Shown: in pieces, positions 17,105 to 26,440 of the stretch
Layout: every line of letters begins with the position of its first letter
Position numbering within the stretch: the stretch's first letter is position 1
IMG/VR virus record: IMGVR_UViG_3300044617_002446
Coordinates: 1 to 64,000 of that record
Direction: 5' to 3' (one strand)
Source of the DNA: a virus
DNA length: 64,000 bases
Translations under genes and position numbers: made by a program
The notes under the pieces: generated by a model
Seen by the model: only the letters and a program-made list of their open reading frames with translations
Databases searched by the model: none
What the model was told of the DNA's origin: nothing

Positions 17105-18760
17105 ATGAATAAAGAAATCTATTGGCTTAATAAAGATTCTAGGAAATTTTTAAGCGGCGGCTATCTCGAAGAAGGCGTAACACCAGAGCAAAGAATTAGG
17201 CAAATAGCCGAAAATGCCGAAAAAATTTTAAAAATAAAAGGGTTTGCAGACAAGTTTGAGCTTTACGTACATAAAGGATTTTATTCTTTATCTACTCCTG
17301 TTTGGACAAACTACGGAAACAAAAGAGGGTACCCTGTAAGCTGTTTTGGATCAGCGATCTCTGATACCATGGAGTCTATTTTAGAAAAAGTTGCAGAAAT
17401 TGGGATTATGTCAAAAATGGGAGGAGGAACTTCTGCTTATTTTGGAAATCTTAGAGCGAGAGGCTCGAAAATTTCAGTTGGGGGCGAGTCGAGCGGTCCA
17501 GTGCATTTTATGGAGCTTTTTAGCACAGTTGCAGATGTCGTAAGCCAGGGGTCAGCGCGCAGAGGATCTTTTGCCGCAACGCTTCCAGTAGAGCATTCAG
17601 ATATCGAAGAGTTTCTTCAAATTAGATCAACAGGGCACCCAATTCAAAGCATGAGTATCGGCGTTTCAATCACCGACCAATGGATGAAAGAAATGGTAGA
17701 TGGCGATAAATCAAAAAGAAAAATTTGGGCGTCAATAATAAAAAAGAGGTTTGAAACCGGCTATCCCTATATTTTCTTTGCTGATAATGCAAACAACAAT
17801 GCGCCTGAAGTCTACAAAACTAAAGGGTTAAAAATTAATAATTCAAACTTATGTCAAGAAATTATGCTCAGTAATTCGGATACCGAATCATTTGTTTGCG
17901 TATTGTCTTCTTTAAACCTTTTACATTGGGATGAAATAGAAAAAACAGATGCCATAGAAACATTGATTTACTTTTTGGATTCTGTAAGCGAAGAATTTAT
18001 TCAAAAAAGCGAAGGTGTTAAATTTATGGAGGCTCCAAGGAAATTTGCAATTTCGCAAAGAGCATTGGGTATGGGTGTATTAGGATGGCATTCCTTCCTT
18101 CAATCTAAAATGATTGGATTTGAATCAATGGAAGCTAAAATACTCAATAACCAAATTTGGAAAATTATCAGGAGCAGGTCTGACCAAGCCACGGAGCAAT
18201 TAGCGAAAATTTTTGGCGCGGCTAATATATATTTAAACACACCGATAAACAGGAGAAATACTACCACACTTGCCGTTGCCCCGACTACAAGCTCAAGTGC
18301 AATTCTCGGACAAGTATCACCTTCTATCGAGCCATTAAATAGTAACTATTTTATAAACAAACTTGCAAAAGGAAACTTTACATACAAAAACCCCTTTTTG
18401 AAAAAACTTTTGAAAGAAAAGGGAAAAGACGACGAGGAGACTTGGAAGTCTATCCTTGTAAAAGGCGGTAGCGTTCAACACTTAAATTTTTTAAACGAAG
18501 TCGAAAAAAACGTCTTCAAAACATTCGGTGAAATTTCCCAAAAAGAAATTGTAATACAAGCAGCGCAAAGACAAAAATATATAGATCAGGGACAATCACT
18601 AAATTTAATGGTGCCTCCAAATACGCCAGCAAAAGAAGTTAGCGAGCTTTTAATAGAGGGCTGGAAACTTGGAATAAAAACATTTTACTATCAAAGAAGC
18701 GCAAATCCAGCACAAGAACTTTCGCGCTCAATTCTTTCATGCTCAAGCTGTGAATCTTAA
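17105..18760 (+). CDS. nrdA: Ribonucleotide reductase class Ia, alpha subunit (no ATP cone)
   Basis: PVSCF, GGGTS, SNLCQEI, VCVLSS, APTTSSS, KTFYY, and C-terminal CSSCES. Confidence 0.95.
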   Translation: MNKEIYWLNKDSRKFLSGGYLEEGVTPEQRIRQIAENAEKILKIKGFADKFELYVHKGFYSLSTPVWTNYGNKRGYPVSCFGSAISDTMESILEKVAEIGIMSKMGGGTSAYFGNLRARGSKISVGGESSGPVHFMELFSTVADVVSQGSARRGSFAATLPVEHSDIEEFLQIRSTGHPIQSMSIGVSITDQWMKEMVDGDKSKRKIWASIIKKRFETGYPYIFFADNANNNAPEVYKTKGLKINNSNLCQEIMLSNSDTESFVCVLSSLNLLHWDEIEKTDAIETLIYFLDSVSEEFIQKSEGVKFMEAPRKFAISQRALGMGVLGWHSFLQSKMIGFESMEAKILNNQIWKIIRSRSDQATEQLAKIFGAANIYLNTPINRRNTTTLAVAPTTSSSAILGQVSPSIEPLNSNYFINKLAKGNFTYKNPFLKKLLKEKGKDDEETWKSILVKGGSVQHLNFLNEVEKNVFKTFGEISQKEIVIQAAQRQKYIDQGQSLNLMVPPNTPAKEVSELLIEGWKLGIKTFYYQRSANPAQELSRSILSCSSCES

Positions 18761-18763
18761 AAT

Positions 18764-19189
18764 ATGAATATTAGAATAAAACTAACAAACGAAAACGCTA
18801 AAGTACCATCTAAAACATCTCCAGATGAGGCTGGTTATGATTTGTATAGCTCCGAAGACTGTATCATAAAACCCATGGAAAGAAGACTCGTTAAAACAGG
18901 CGTGTCGCTTGCTATTCCGTATGGATACTACGGTCATATATCTGACAGAAGTGGTATGGCACTTAAAAAAGGAGCACATTGCTTAGGTAAGATAGTTGAT
19001 CCAACTTACAGAGGCGAAATCGGCGTTATTATATTGAATACCGACATGTTCGAATCAATTAAAATTCAAAAAGGAGACAGAATGGCTCAAGTTATTTTCA
19101 AAAAGTACGAAAATGTAGAATTTATACAAGAAGCCGCGCTCGACAAGACAGAAAGAGACGAAAAAGGGTTTGGAAGCTCAGGAAATTAA
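18764..19189 (+). CDS. dut: Trimeric dUTPase
   Basis: AGYDL, RSGMA, IVDPTYRGEI, DRMAQ, RDEKGFGSSG. Confidence 0.95.
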   Translation: MNIRIKLTNENAKVPSKTSPDEAGYDLYSSEDCIIKPMERRLVKTGVSLAIPYGYYGHISDRSGMALKKGAHCLGKIVDPTYRGEIGVIILNTDMFESIKIQKGDRMAQVIFKKYENVEFIQEAALDKTERDEKGFGSSGN

Positions 19190-19219
19190 AATAAAAATAA
19201 AATCAATTTAATTTTATTT

Positions 19220-19224
19220 GTGTA
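19220..19224 (+). promoter_or_regulatory. GTGTA motif, putative late promoter
   Basis: GTGTATTA lies 10 nt before the ATG at 19235. Confidence 0.55.
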
Positions 19225-19234
19225 TTAATTATTA

Positions 19235-19645
19235 ATGGAAAAAATAGATGTTTCAATAAAAGAGTTGGCAAATTCTATAAAAAATAACAATGAACAAGTT
19301 TTGGAAAATCTAAGACTCAGGTTTCAAAACGAACTAATGTTCAATATAATATTTTTTCTTTTTAATAATTGGGCAAATAGTCAAAGAAGCGAATTCGGTT
19401 CTAATCTAGAAGAAGACGATCCAGCTCAAAGATTTTTTAATGCATGGTATCACGAAACAAAGAAAAGAGTTAAAAAAGAAATGTTAGAAGTAAATAAAAA
19501 CTTGACCTCTAATACTTTTGAATATTTAAACGCAATCTCTTCCAATTCTTTACCAAGCACCGAAGATTACCAATCAATATACAACACCGCATTAAGCGAT
19601 ATTAAAAAAATGTTCTCTAAAAATACCAAGCCCCCCAAAATATAA
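19235..19645 (+). CDS. Hypothetical protein
   Basis: 136-aa ORF in the plus-strand array. Confidence 0.7.
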   Translation: MEKIDVSIKELANSIKNNNEQVLENLRLRFQNELMFNIIFFLFNNWANSQRSEFGSNLEEDDPAQRFFNAWYHETKKRVKKEMLEVNKNLTSNTFEYLNAISSNSLPSTEDYQSIYNTALSDIKKMFSKNTKPPKI

Positions 19646-19647
19646 TT

Positions 19648-20295
19648 ATGGAAGAAGGCTTTACTCAAAAATTAAAAAAAACATTTAAAGACTATATTGG
19701 ATATATAGTAATATGCGTATTTATTATTTTAGGAACAGTTGCGAAAGACATTTCTGTTAAATATTTTCAAAATCAAGAATGGAGTTTTTATTCTTTAAAT
19801 AAAGACGCGAAAAGGAATGTTAAAATAACAGAACTTGTTTCTCAAATAAGAGAAATAGCAAATGCTGAAAATGTAACAGTTTTTCTTTTTCATAACGGGG
19901 GCTTTTTTAGTTCTGGAGTACCATATAGAAAAAAATCACCCGCATTTGAATCAAACTCACCACTAAAAATTGGCAAAAACTACAAATACGAAAACGTACC
20001 GCTCACACAGGTTTCAGAATTAATAAAAGAACTTACAGAAAACAATCAGGGTTTTTTTGTTAGAACTTCTTCAATTCAAAACGGAACATGGAAAGCGATG
20101 TTATTGGAAAGCGGCTACGAATACAATTTTTATACAAGCCTTAGAATTGGCGAAAAAATGATAGGGTATATAAAAATATCTTGGGAACTTGAGCTTGAAA
20201 ATGCAGAAAAGCAAAGACTTTCAAATCAAGTAAGTAGTTTTTCTTTAATAATAAGCTCACTGCTTGCTGAAAAAGAGCTTGATTTATTTAAATAA
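19648..20295 (+). CDS. Single-TM protein with a GAF-like domain (T4 holin T-like architecture)
   Basis: One N-terminal TM helix (YIGYIVICVFIILG), then VTVFLFHNGG..G.P..K.S..FE..IGYIKISW. Confidence 0.5.
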   Translation: MEEGFTQKLKKTFKDYIGYIVICVFIILGTVAKDISVKYFQNQEWSFYSLNKDAKRNVKITELVSQIREIANAENVTVFLFHNGGFFSSGVPYRKKSPAFESNSPLKIGKNYKYENVPLTQVSELIKELTENNQGFFVRTSSIQNGTWKAMLLESGYEYNFYTSLRIGEKMIGYIKISWELELENAEKQRLSNQVSSFSLIISSLLAEKELDLFK

Positions 20296-20315
20296 ATAAA
20301 TATAATCAATCTAAT

Positions 20316-20567
20316 ATGATTAGATTGAAAATTTCATCAATAGATTTTTCAGAAAAATCGCCAGGAGCTTTAGAAGAAATTAAGATAGAGGGACTTGTTG
20401 GCAAGTCTTTAAATTCATCTATAGATAAAGATGAAATTATAAAAGCCATAAAAGAGGGAGAAGATTTTATTCTATTAACAAATAAAAAACTAATAGAAAA
20501 AGTTTCCGGCCGCTCCGGTAAAAAATCAAATCCATTAATGTTAAATTTTGAAGATTACTCTGAATAA
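20316..20567 (+). CDS. Hypothetical protein
   Basis: Its stop overlaps the next start (TAATG). Confidence 0.65.
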   Translation: MIRLKISSIDFSEKSPGALEEIKIEGLVGKSLNSSIDKDEIIKAIKEGEDFILLTNKKLIEKVSGRSGKKSNPLMLNFEDYSE

Positions 20568-21505
20568 TGAATATTAATATCAGAATGGAGGGAGGTCTTG
20601 GCGATCACCTACTTGCAAATAGATTTGTTCCCGCTATATTAGATAAATATACAGACGCAAAAATTAAAATATTTTCCGACACGGAGAATAATTCAAAAAG
20701 CCTAGAAATGTTGCTGCATTTTTTCCCTTCGTTTTACCAAAGGGGAGGGGAAGTAATAAAAGAGAGAGCAAACAAAAACTATAAAATAATATCACAATTT
20801 GGCGAAGAAATTTACCCAGCCGCAATAGAAAACCAAACGGAATATATCAAAAACAAAATGATAAAAGAATGTGATATTTTTTATGATCTACACATAGACG
20901 GACTTAATTGGGTTAATCACGACTATGACTGGATAAGATATTATTTTCATTTTCCAAAACCAGAAAAAGTTGAAAGTAAAATTAAAAACAAAGATGAAGA
21001 TTTTGTTTTATGTCACCTTTATTCAAGACCAGATTCTATCTATAATGTAGAACAATGGTATGCAGAAACCTTAATAGAAGAAGTTGCAAAATCTATAAAA
21101 GTAAAAATAATTACAGAAAAGCAATATTCTGATTTTTATTTTAAATTAAAAAACAACAAGAATATAGAAATTTTAACACCAGATATTTTTGAAATATTTG
21201 AAATTTCTTCTAAATGTTCTTGTTATATAGGAATAGATTCAGGAATAAGATATATTCCATACCATTTTTCAAAGCCTACATTTGTACTTTCAAATTATTG
21301 CAACAGTATAGGAAACGTAGTTTACTCTCATCTAATAAGATGGCTTATATTTAAAAATCAAACATTACCCATGCATTTTAATGTAAAAAAAACTGCAAAA
21401 ATAATAATAAATTCTATAAACAACAAAGCATCTTATTTATTTCCTGAAATAGAAGAGAATTACGACAACCTTTTAGTAAAAAGAAACTATAAAAATTTTA
21501 TTTAA
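20567..21505 (+). CDS. Glycosyltransferase, GT9-like
   Basis: EGGLGDHLL at the N-terminus; YIGIDSGIRY..KPTFVL. Confidence 0.7.
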   Translation: MNINIRMEGGLGDHLLANRFVPAILDKYTDAKIKIFSDTENNSKSLEMLLHFFPSFYQRGGEVIKERANKNYKIISQFGEEIYPAAIENQTEYIKNKMIKECDIFYDLHIDGLNWVNHDYDWIRYYFHFPKPEKVESKIKNKDEDFVLCHLYSRPDSIYNVEQWYAETLIEEVAKSIKVKIITEKQYSDFYFKLKNNKNIEILTPDIFEIFEISSKCSCYIGIDSGIRYIPYHFSKPTFVLSNYCNSIGNVVYSHLIRWLIFKNQTLPMHFNVKKTAKIIINSINNKASYLFPEIEENYDNLLVKRNYKNFI

Positions 21506-22189
21506 ATGACTACAAAAAAAGACGTAACCATTAACGGAATAGCCACCCAAGAAAAATATTTTGAAAATACTTTAAAAGCAGTAATCTATTCAAAAAAAAT
21601 ATCAGGCATACCAAATGCTCAAATGATTTCTTTCAAAAAGTTTTTTCACGAAGAAGTAAAATGTGTTTATGTTCCAGATTTAATAAAAATTGATTCTGTT
21701 CCAAAGTGGAATTTTTTTCTTATAAAAAACTTATATCAGTTTATAAATACTGATTTTTGTTTAAATGTGCATGACGATGGATTTGCAATCAATGCATCGG
21801 CATGGAAAGATGAATTTTTAAATTATGATTATATAGGGGCATTATGGCCAGTTGGCTGCCATGAACCAATTGTTACAGAAAAAGACAGATGCGGAAACGG
21901 AGGCTTCTCATTAAGAAGTAAAAAACTTTTAGAAATTGCCGCCTTGTACTGTCCAGCATATGCTTATCCAAACGAAGACAGAGTTATTTGTGGGCTACAT
22001 AGAGATATTTTCACCAAAAGAAATATAAAATTTGCACCAGATCACATAGCTGCACAATTTTCAATAGAAGACGAAACAATACCTGAAGCCGCCGGTCAAA
22101 CCCACAAAAATAGGTTTTCTATAAAAAGCTTTGGCTTCCATCAAAAAAATTCAGATGCAATTAAATTTTTAGAAAGCGTTCAAGTATGA
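21506..22189 (+). CDS. DUF5672-family putative glycosyltransferase
   Basis: HDDGF..W..EFLNYDYIGALW..GNGGFSLRSK..NED..FAP..A.QFS..FGFH. Confidence 0.8.
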   Translation: MTTKKDVTINGIATQEKYFENTLKAVIYSKKISGIPNAQMISFKKFFHEEVKCVYVPDLIKIDSVPKWNFFLIKNLYQFINTDFCLNVHDDGFAINASAWKDEFLNYDYIGALWPVGCHEPIVTEKDRCGNGGFSLRSKKLLEIAALYCPAYAYPNEDRVICGLHRDIFTKRNIKFAPDHIAAQFSIEDETIPEAAGQTHKNRFSIKSFGFHQKNSDAIKFLESVQV

Positions 22190-23040
22190 TATTGCTAACT
22201 GGATCAACTGGTTATATAGGTTCTGAGTTTAAAAAGCAGCTTGAAAAAAAAAGTTTGATGCACTGCACAATTTCGCATAAAGAGATCAATAAAAAAAATT
22301 TAAAATCTATTATAAAATATAAAAATATAACACATATAATTAACTGTGCTGCATTTGTTGGCAAGCCCAATATAGAACAATGCGAAAAAGAAAAAGAAAA
22401 AAGCATAAACGGTAACATATTAGTTCCATTTCTTTTGAAAGAAATAGCAGAAGACTTCGACATTACAATGTGCCATATTTCTACTGGGTGCATTTATAAC
22501 GGGTTATCGCCCGATCCTTTGGGATGGAATGAAATGAACGAACCCAATCTTAGTTTCGAATTAAATAATTGTAGCTTTTATACTGGAACAAAATTAAGCG
22601 CAGAAAATATAATTAAAAACTATGAAAAATCATATATATGGAGAATCAGGCTTCCATTTGAAAATAAACATAATCAAAGAAATTATATATCCAAAATAAT
22701 TAATTACGAAAACCTCCTTCTGGAAAAAAATTCTATTTCTCATAAAGAAGAATTTGTCAGCGCATGCATTCAGTCAATAGAATTGAATATTCCATTTGGA
22801 ACATATAATATAACAAATACTGGTTCAATTTCAGCATATGAAATTTTTGAAAAATTAAAAAAAACGATCACCCCAAATAAAGAAGCTAAATTTTTGTCTA
22901 TTGATGATTTTTATAAAAAAGTTAGCAGTATGCCGAGGTCCAATTGTATTCTAGATAACTCAAAAATATTAGCAACCGGAATAAAACTTACAGAAGTAAA
23001 TGAGCAAGTAGATAAATGCATAAAAGAATGGAAATGGTAA
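22186..23040 (+). CDS. RmlD-like NDP-4-keto-6-deoxyhexose reductase/epimerase
   Basis: ILLTGSTGYIG, INCAAFVGKPNI, HISTGCIY, SFYTGTK, RIRLPF. Confidence 0.85.
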   Translation: MILLTGSTGYIGSEFKKQLEKKSLMHCTISHKEINKKNLKSIIKYKNITHIINCAAFVGKPNIEQCEKEKEKSINGNILVPFLLKEIAEDFDITMCHISTGCIYNGLSPDPLGWNEMNEPNLSFELNNCSFYTGTKLSAENIIKNYEKSYIWRIRLPFENKHNQRNYISKIINYENLLLEKNSISHKEEFVSACIQSIELNIPFGTYNITNTGSISAYEIFEKLKKTITPNKEAKFLSIDDFYKKVSSMPRSNCILDNSKILATGIKLTEVNEQVDKCIKEWKW

Positions 23041-23042
23041 AT

Positions 23043-24173
23043 ATGGAAAAAGAAATCATAAATCTTGGAAAGCTACCGCTGGTCAATAATCTCTTTAACT
23101 CTAAAGAAGAAAGCTTAAATGCAAAAAGGTTTGACTTAAGAATTATACAAAAAGAAAATTATCTAATGAAATTAGATACAGAAATTTCTTCAAGGGACAT
23201 GTTTGAAACCTATCTTTACAGATCATCTATAAATAAACCCTACGTAGAGCATTGTAAAAAAATGTGGAATTACGCCAAAAAGTTTAATCCTAAAAAAATT
23301 GCTGATATAGGCGGCAATGATGGAGCACTTTTAAATGCTTTCAAAGAAGCTTCAAGAGAAAAACTAGACTTAACTAATATAGATGCAAGTTCATCTTTTA
23401 AATTAGATAACGAATCAAATGGTATAAAATATATACAAGATTATTGGGGAGACTTAATTTTTAAAGAAAAATTTGATCTCATAACCTCAACAAATGTTTT
23501 TCAACACAATCCACATTATGAAAAATTCCTTCAAGGAATTAGGAATAATTTAAAAGGAATATGGATATTAGAGTTTCCTTATTTTTTAGAAACTGTAAAA
23601 ACTAATCAATTCGATCAAATATATCACGAACATGTATATTATTGGTTATTGACCCCACTATATACTATTTTTAAAAAATACGGATTAAAAATAATAGACG
23701 TTTCCTTAGAAGATATACACGGCGGATCAATGCGCATAATTTCTTCCAACAGAGAAGGCGACCAAGAAAATTTAGAAAAAATAAATAAATTTATTGAAGA
23801 AGAAAAGAACTTTAATTTTTCAAACTGGGGCAAAAAAATTGAAAAAAAACTACAACAAGACAATTTGTTTATAAACAATTTACCTGGATCTGTTGCGGCT
23901 TTTGGAGCCGCAGCAAAAGGCTGCGTATATTTAAATTGCATTGGAAAAAATAAAATACAATATATAATAGATGACACACCAGGAAAACAAAATTTATTTA
24001 GCCCCGGTACCGGACTAAAAATAGTTGATAGAAACTTTATAAAAAATAACCAACCAGACAATATAATAATACTAGCTCATAATTTTAAAAATTATATAGC
24101 AGACTCACTTAAAAACGATGGATACAATGGTAAAATCTATACCATGCTTCCAGAAATACAAGAAATAATTTAA
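23043..24173 (+). CDS. NDP-hexose C-methyltransferase
   Basis: LGKLPLVN, DIGGNDG, FDQIYHEHVYY, HGGSMR, FGAAAKG, DDTPGKQ..PG. The ATG at 23043 is preferred over 23016. Confidence 0.88.
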   Translation: MEKEIINLGKLPLVNNLFNSKEESLNAKRFDLRIIQKENYLMKLDTEISSRDMFETYLYRSSINKPYVEHCKKMWNYAKKFNPKKIADIGGNDGALLNAFKEASREKLDLTNIDASSSFKLDNESNGIKYIQDYWGDLIFKEKFDLITSTNVFQHNPHYEKFLQGIRNNLKGIWILEFPYFLETVKTNQFDQIYHEHVYYWLLTPLYTIFKKYGLKIIDVSLEDIHGGSMRIISSNREGDQENLEKINKFIEEEKNFNFSNWGKKIEKKLQQDNLFINNLPGSVAAFGAAAKGCVYLNCIGKNKIQYIIDDTPGKQNLFSPGTGLKIVDRNFIKNNQPDNIIILAHNFKNYIADSLKNDGYNGKIYTMLPEIQEII

Positions 24174-24179
24174 AAAAAA

Positions 24180-24743
24180 ATGAAACTTAAAGAAATACTA
24201 GACTCAACAGAACTGTTAAATACGACGCATTTTACAGGAACAGATAAAAATACGACGCATGGATTTATCGATTTTTTTTATGAAAGAGAATTTGAAAAGT
24301 ATAAAGATAAAAAAATCTCTCTACTAGAGATAGGTATGGAGGTTGGCGGCTCTATATATTTATGGGGTAAATATTTTCAAAACGGAGAAATAACAGGGGT
24401 TGATGTTGAAGATAAAATTCATGAAAGATGGAAATCTTTACCAAATACAAAATTTATAATAAATGACGCATATGAAATTGCGTTTATAGAAACGCTTCCG
24501 AACTTTGATATTATTATTGATGACGGACCACATACGCTAGATTCACAAATTCTTTGCATAGAGAGATATTTGCCAAAGTTAAAAGAAGGCGGAATTATGG
24601 TTATAGAAGATGTACAGGACGCAAGCCACTTAGAAATCTTAAAAAAACATACACCAGTAGAGCTACAAAATAAAACCGAGATGATAGATCTTAGATTTTC
24701 TAAGGGAAGATATGATGATCTACTATTTGTAATTAGAAAATAA
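24180..24743 (+). CDS. Class I SAM methyltransferase (sugar O-methyltransferase-like)
   Basis: GTDK..H..Y..LLEIG..GGS..W..YF..FDIIIDDGPH..LKEGGIMVIED. Confidence 0.8.
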   Translation: MKLKEILDSTELLNTTHFTGTDKNTTHGFIDFFYEREFEKYKDKKISLLEIGMEVGGSIYLWGKYFQNGEITGVDVEDKIHERWKSLPNTKFIINDAYEIAFIETLPNFDIIIDDGPHTLDSQILCIERYLPKLKEGGIMVIEDVQDASHLEILKKHTPVELQNKTEMIDLRFSKGRYDDLLFVIRK

Positions 24744-24746
24744 TAT

Positions 24747-25778
24747 ATGAAAAAAGTTATTATAACCGGCGCTACTGGAATGGATGGCAGTTTAATGGCT
24801 GATTATTTATTAAATAACACAGATAATCTAGTTGTAGCCGGAATAAGAAGGCTAAGCAATACTAATCATAAAAACATAGACCATTTAAAATTAAACCCCA
24901 GGTTTAAACTAATTGATTTAGATGTAACTGATTCTAATAATGTAGAGCAAGTAATAAGGCTAGAGCAACCGGATTTTTTTATAAATTTTGCGGCAAACTC
25001 ATTTGTTGGCAATAGCTGGACAATGCCAGTCAACCATATGCAAACGAACTGCATGGCGGTTTTATATCAATTAGAGGCTATAAGAAAATTTGTTCCTAAT
25101 TGCAGATATTATAACGCAGGATCTTCCGAAGAATTTGGTGACGTTGTTGCTGTTCCACAAAATGAAAATCACCCACTAAGACCAAGAAGCCCATATGGGG
25201 CATCAAAAGCCGCAGCAAGAATGCTTGTTAAAGTATATAGAGATTCTTATAATTTATATGCTATACAGGGCTGGCTATTTAATCATGAAGGCGTTAGAAG
25301 AGGAATTGAATTTGTTACAAGAAAAATAACATCAAATATAGCAAGAATTAAAAAGGCTTTAGATACCGGTGTAAATTTTGAACCGGTTGAGCTTGGCAAT
25401 TTAGATGCAAAAAGAGATTGGTCGGATGCAGAAGATTTCGTTGAAGGTGTGTGGAAAATGCTGAATCAAGAAACACCAAAAGAATACGTGCTTTCTTCTA
25501 ACGAGACGCATACAATTAGAGAGTTTTTAGAACTATCTTTCAAAGAAGTTGATATACAAGGATACTGGGAAGGAAAAAATCTCGATGAAAAATTTATACA
25601 TGGCAAAACCGGACAGGTAGTTTTGCAAATAAATTCAAAATTTTACAGACCAGCCGAAGTAGATATTTTATTTGGAGACTCATCTTTAGCCAGAAAAGAA
25701 TTAAATTGGACACCTAAAATATCTTTTGAGCAACTTGTAAAAAAGATGGTTCAAAATGATTTAAATTTGTGTAATTGA
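24747..25778 (+). CDS. gmd: GDP-mannose 4,6-dehydratase
   Basis: ITGATGMDGS, NFAANSFV, AGSSEEFG, PRSPYGASK, FNHEG..RG.EFVTRKI, GNLDAKRDW, YRPAEV. Confidence 0.93.
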   Translation: MKKVIITGATGMDGSLMADYLLNNTDNLVVAGIRRLSNTNHKNIDHLKLNPRFKLIDLDVTDSNNVEQVIRLEQPDFFINFAANSFVGNSWTMPVNHMQTNCMAVLYQLEAIRKFVPNCRYYNAGSSEEFGDVVAVPQNENHPLRPRSPYGASKAAARMLVKVYRDSYNLYAIQGWLFNHEGVRRGIEFVTRKITSNIARIKKALDTGVNFEPVELGNLDAKRDWSDAEDFVEGVWKMLNQETPKEYVLSSNETHTIREFLELSFKEVDIQGYWEGKNLDEKFIHGKTGQVVLQINSKFYRPAEVDILFGDSSLARKELNWTPKISFEQLVKKMVQNDLNLCN

Positions 25779-25782
25779 TAGT

Positions 25783-25974
25783 ATGCACCATGTTATGGAC
25801 GGTCAAGAAAAAATGGACACATGCGCCCATAGATCAGACGCAAAAGAGGTTTTTGTAGGGTGTCCATGCAGGGGACAGAAAAAAACTGTTTATGAATGTA
25901 TAGCCAGAAGCATACCAGAAATCCACTCTGCAATTTGCGCGGGCTGCCCTTTATATAAAAATAAAAATAGTTGA
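25783..25974 (+). CDS. Small Cys-rich protein
   Basis: 63 aa with 6 Cys (CPC, CAGC); GTGTA motif at 25769-25773, 9 nt before the ATG. Confidence 0.65.
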   Translation: MHHVMDGQEKMDTCAHRSDAKEVFVGCPCRGQKKTVYECIARSIPEIHSAICAGCPLYKNKNS

Positions 25975-25999
25975 CTTTTATTAAAAAAAAGAATATCCT
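25971..25999 (+). promoter_or_regulatory. Sigma70-type promoter
   Basis: TTGACT-17-TATCCT upstream of the recombination genes. Confidence 0.6.
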
Positions 26000-26014
26000 A
26001 TAATCACTAAAAAA

Positions 26015-26440
26015 GTGATTAGTGAAAATACATTTAAAAATACTTTTAGTATAAAAAAAGCAAAAGAGGCTTTTTCTCTTAAAAGGTTTAAATCAGATTT
26101 TATTTTAAACTGTTTAAAACTTCCCAAAAGCAGACAAAAAGAAATAAATTGGGCAAAAGAGATGAAAATCATGAACACTCTAACTCAAAGATGTTCAGAT
26201 CCAAAATTTTGGCTTCATTCGATTCCAGATTTTCAAATTCCGTCCCTGGCTTGGTTTCTTACAGACAACGGGAGAAAATTTTTAAATGAAAAACATAAAA
26301 GATTTTATTCAAAAATTCAAACAATTGAAAAAATAGATAAAAGCATTAGTATATTAAGCGACCAATCACAAGGTGAAGATATAATAAATTCAACTTCAAA
26401 AATTAAAACATTGAAAGATTTTTTAAATAAAAAACTATGA
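26015..26440 (+). CDS. Hypothetical protein
   Basis: GTG start; the stop overlaps the start of the RecA-like gene. Confidence 0.65.
   Translation: MISENTFKNTFSIKKAKEAFSLKRFKSDFILNCLKLPKSRQKEINWAKEMKIMNTLTQRCSDPKFWLHSIPDFQIPSLAWFLTDNGRKFLNEKHKRFYSKIQTIEKIDKSISILSDQSQGEDIINSTSKIKTLKDFLNKKL

Noticed and set aside
24218-24260. 13-nt direct repeat AAATACGACGCAT in the methyltransferase gene
   Set aside because: Only two in-frame copies (NTTH twice); it looks like a small local duplication with no sign of an array or att site.
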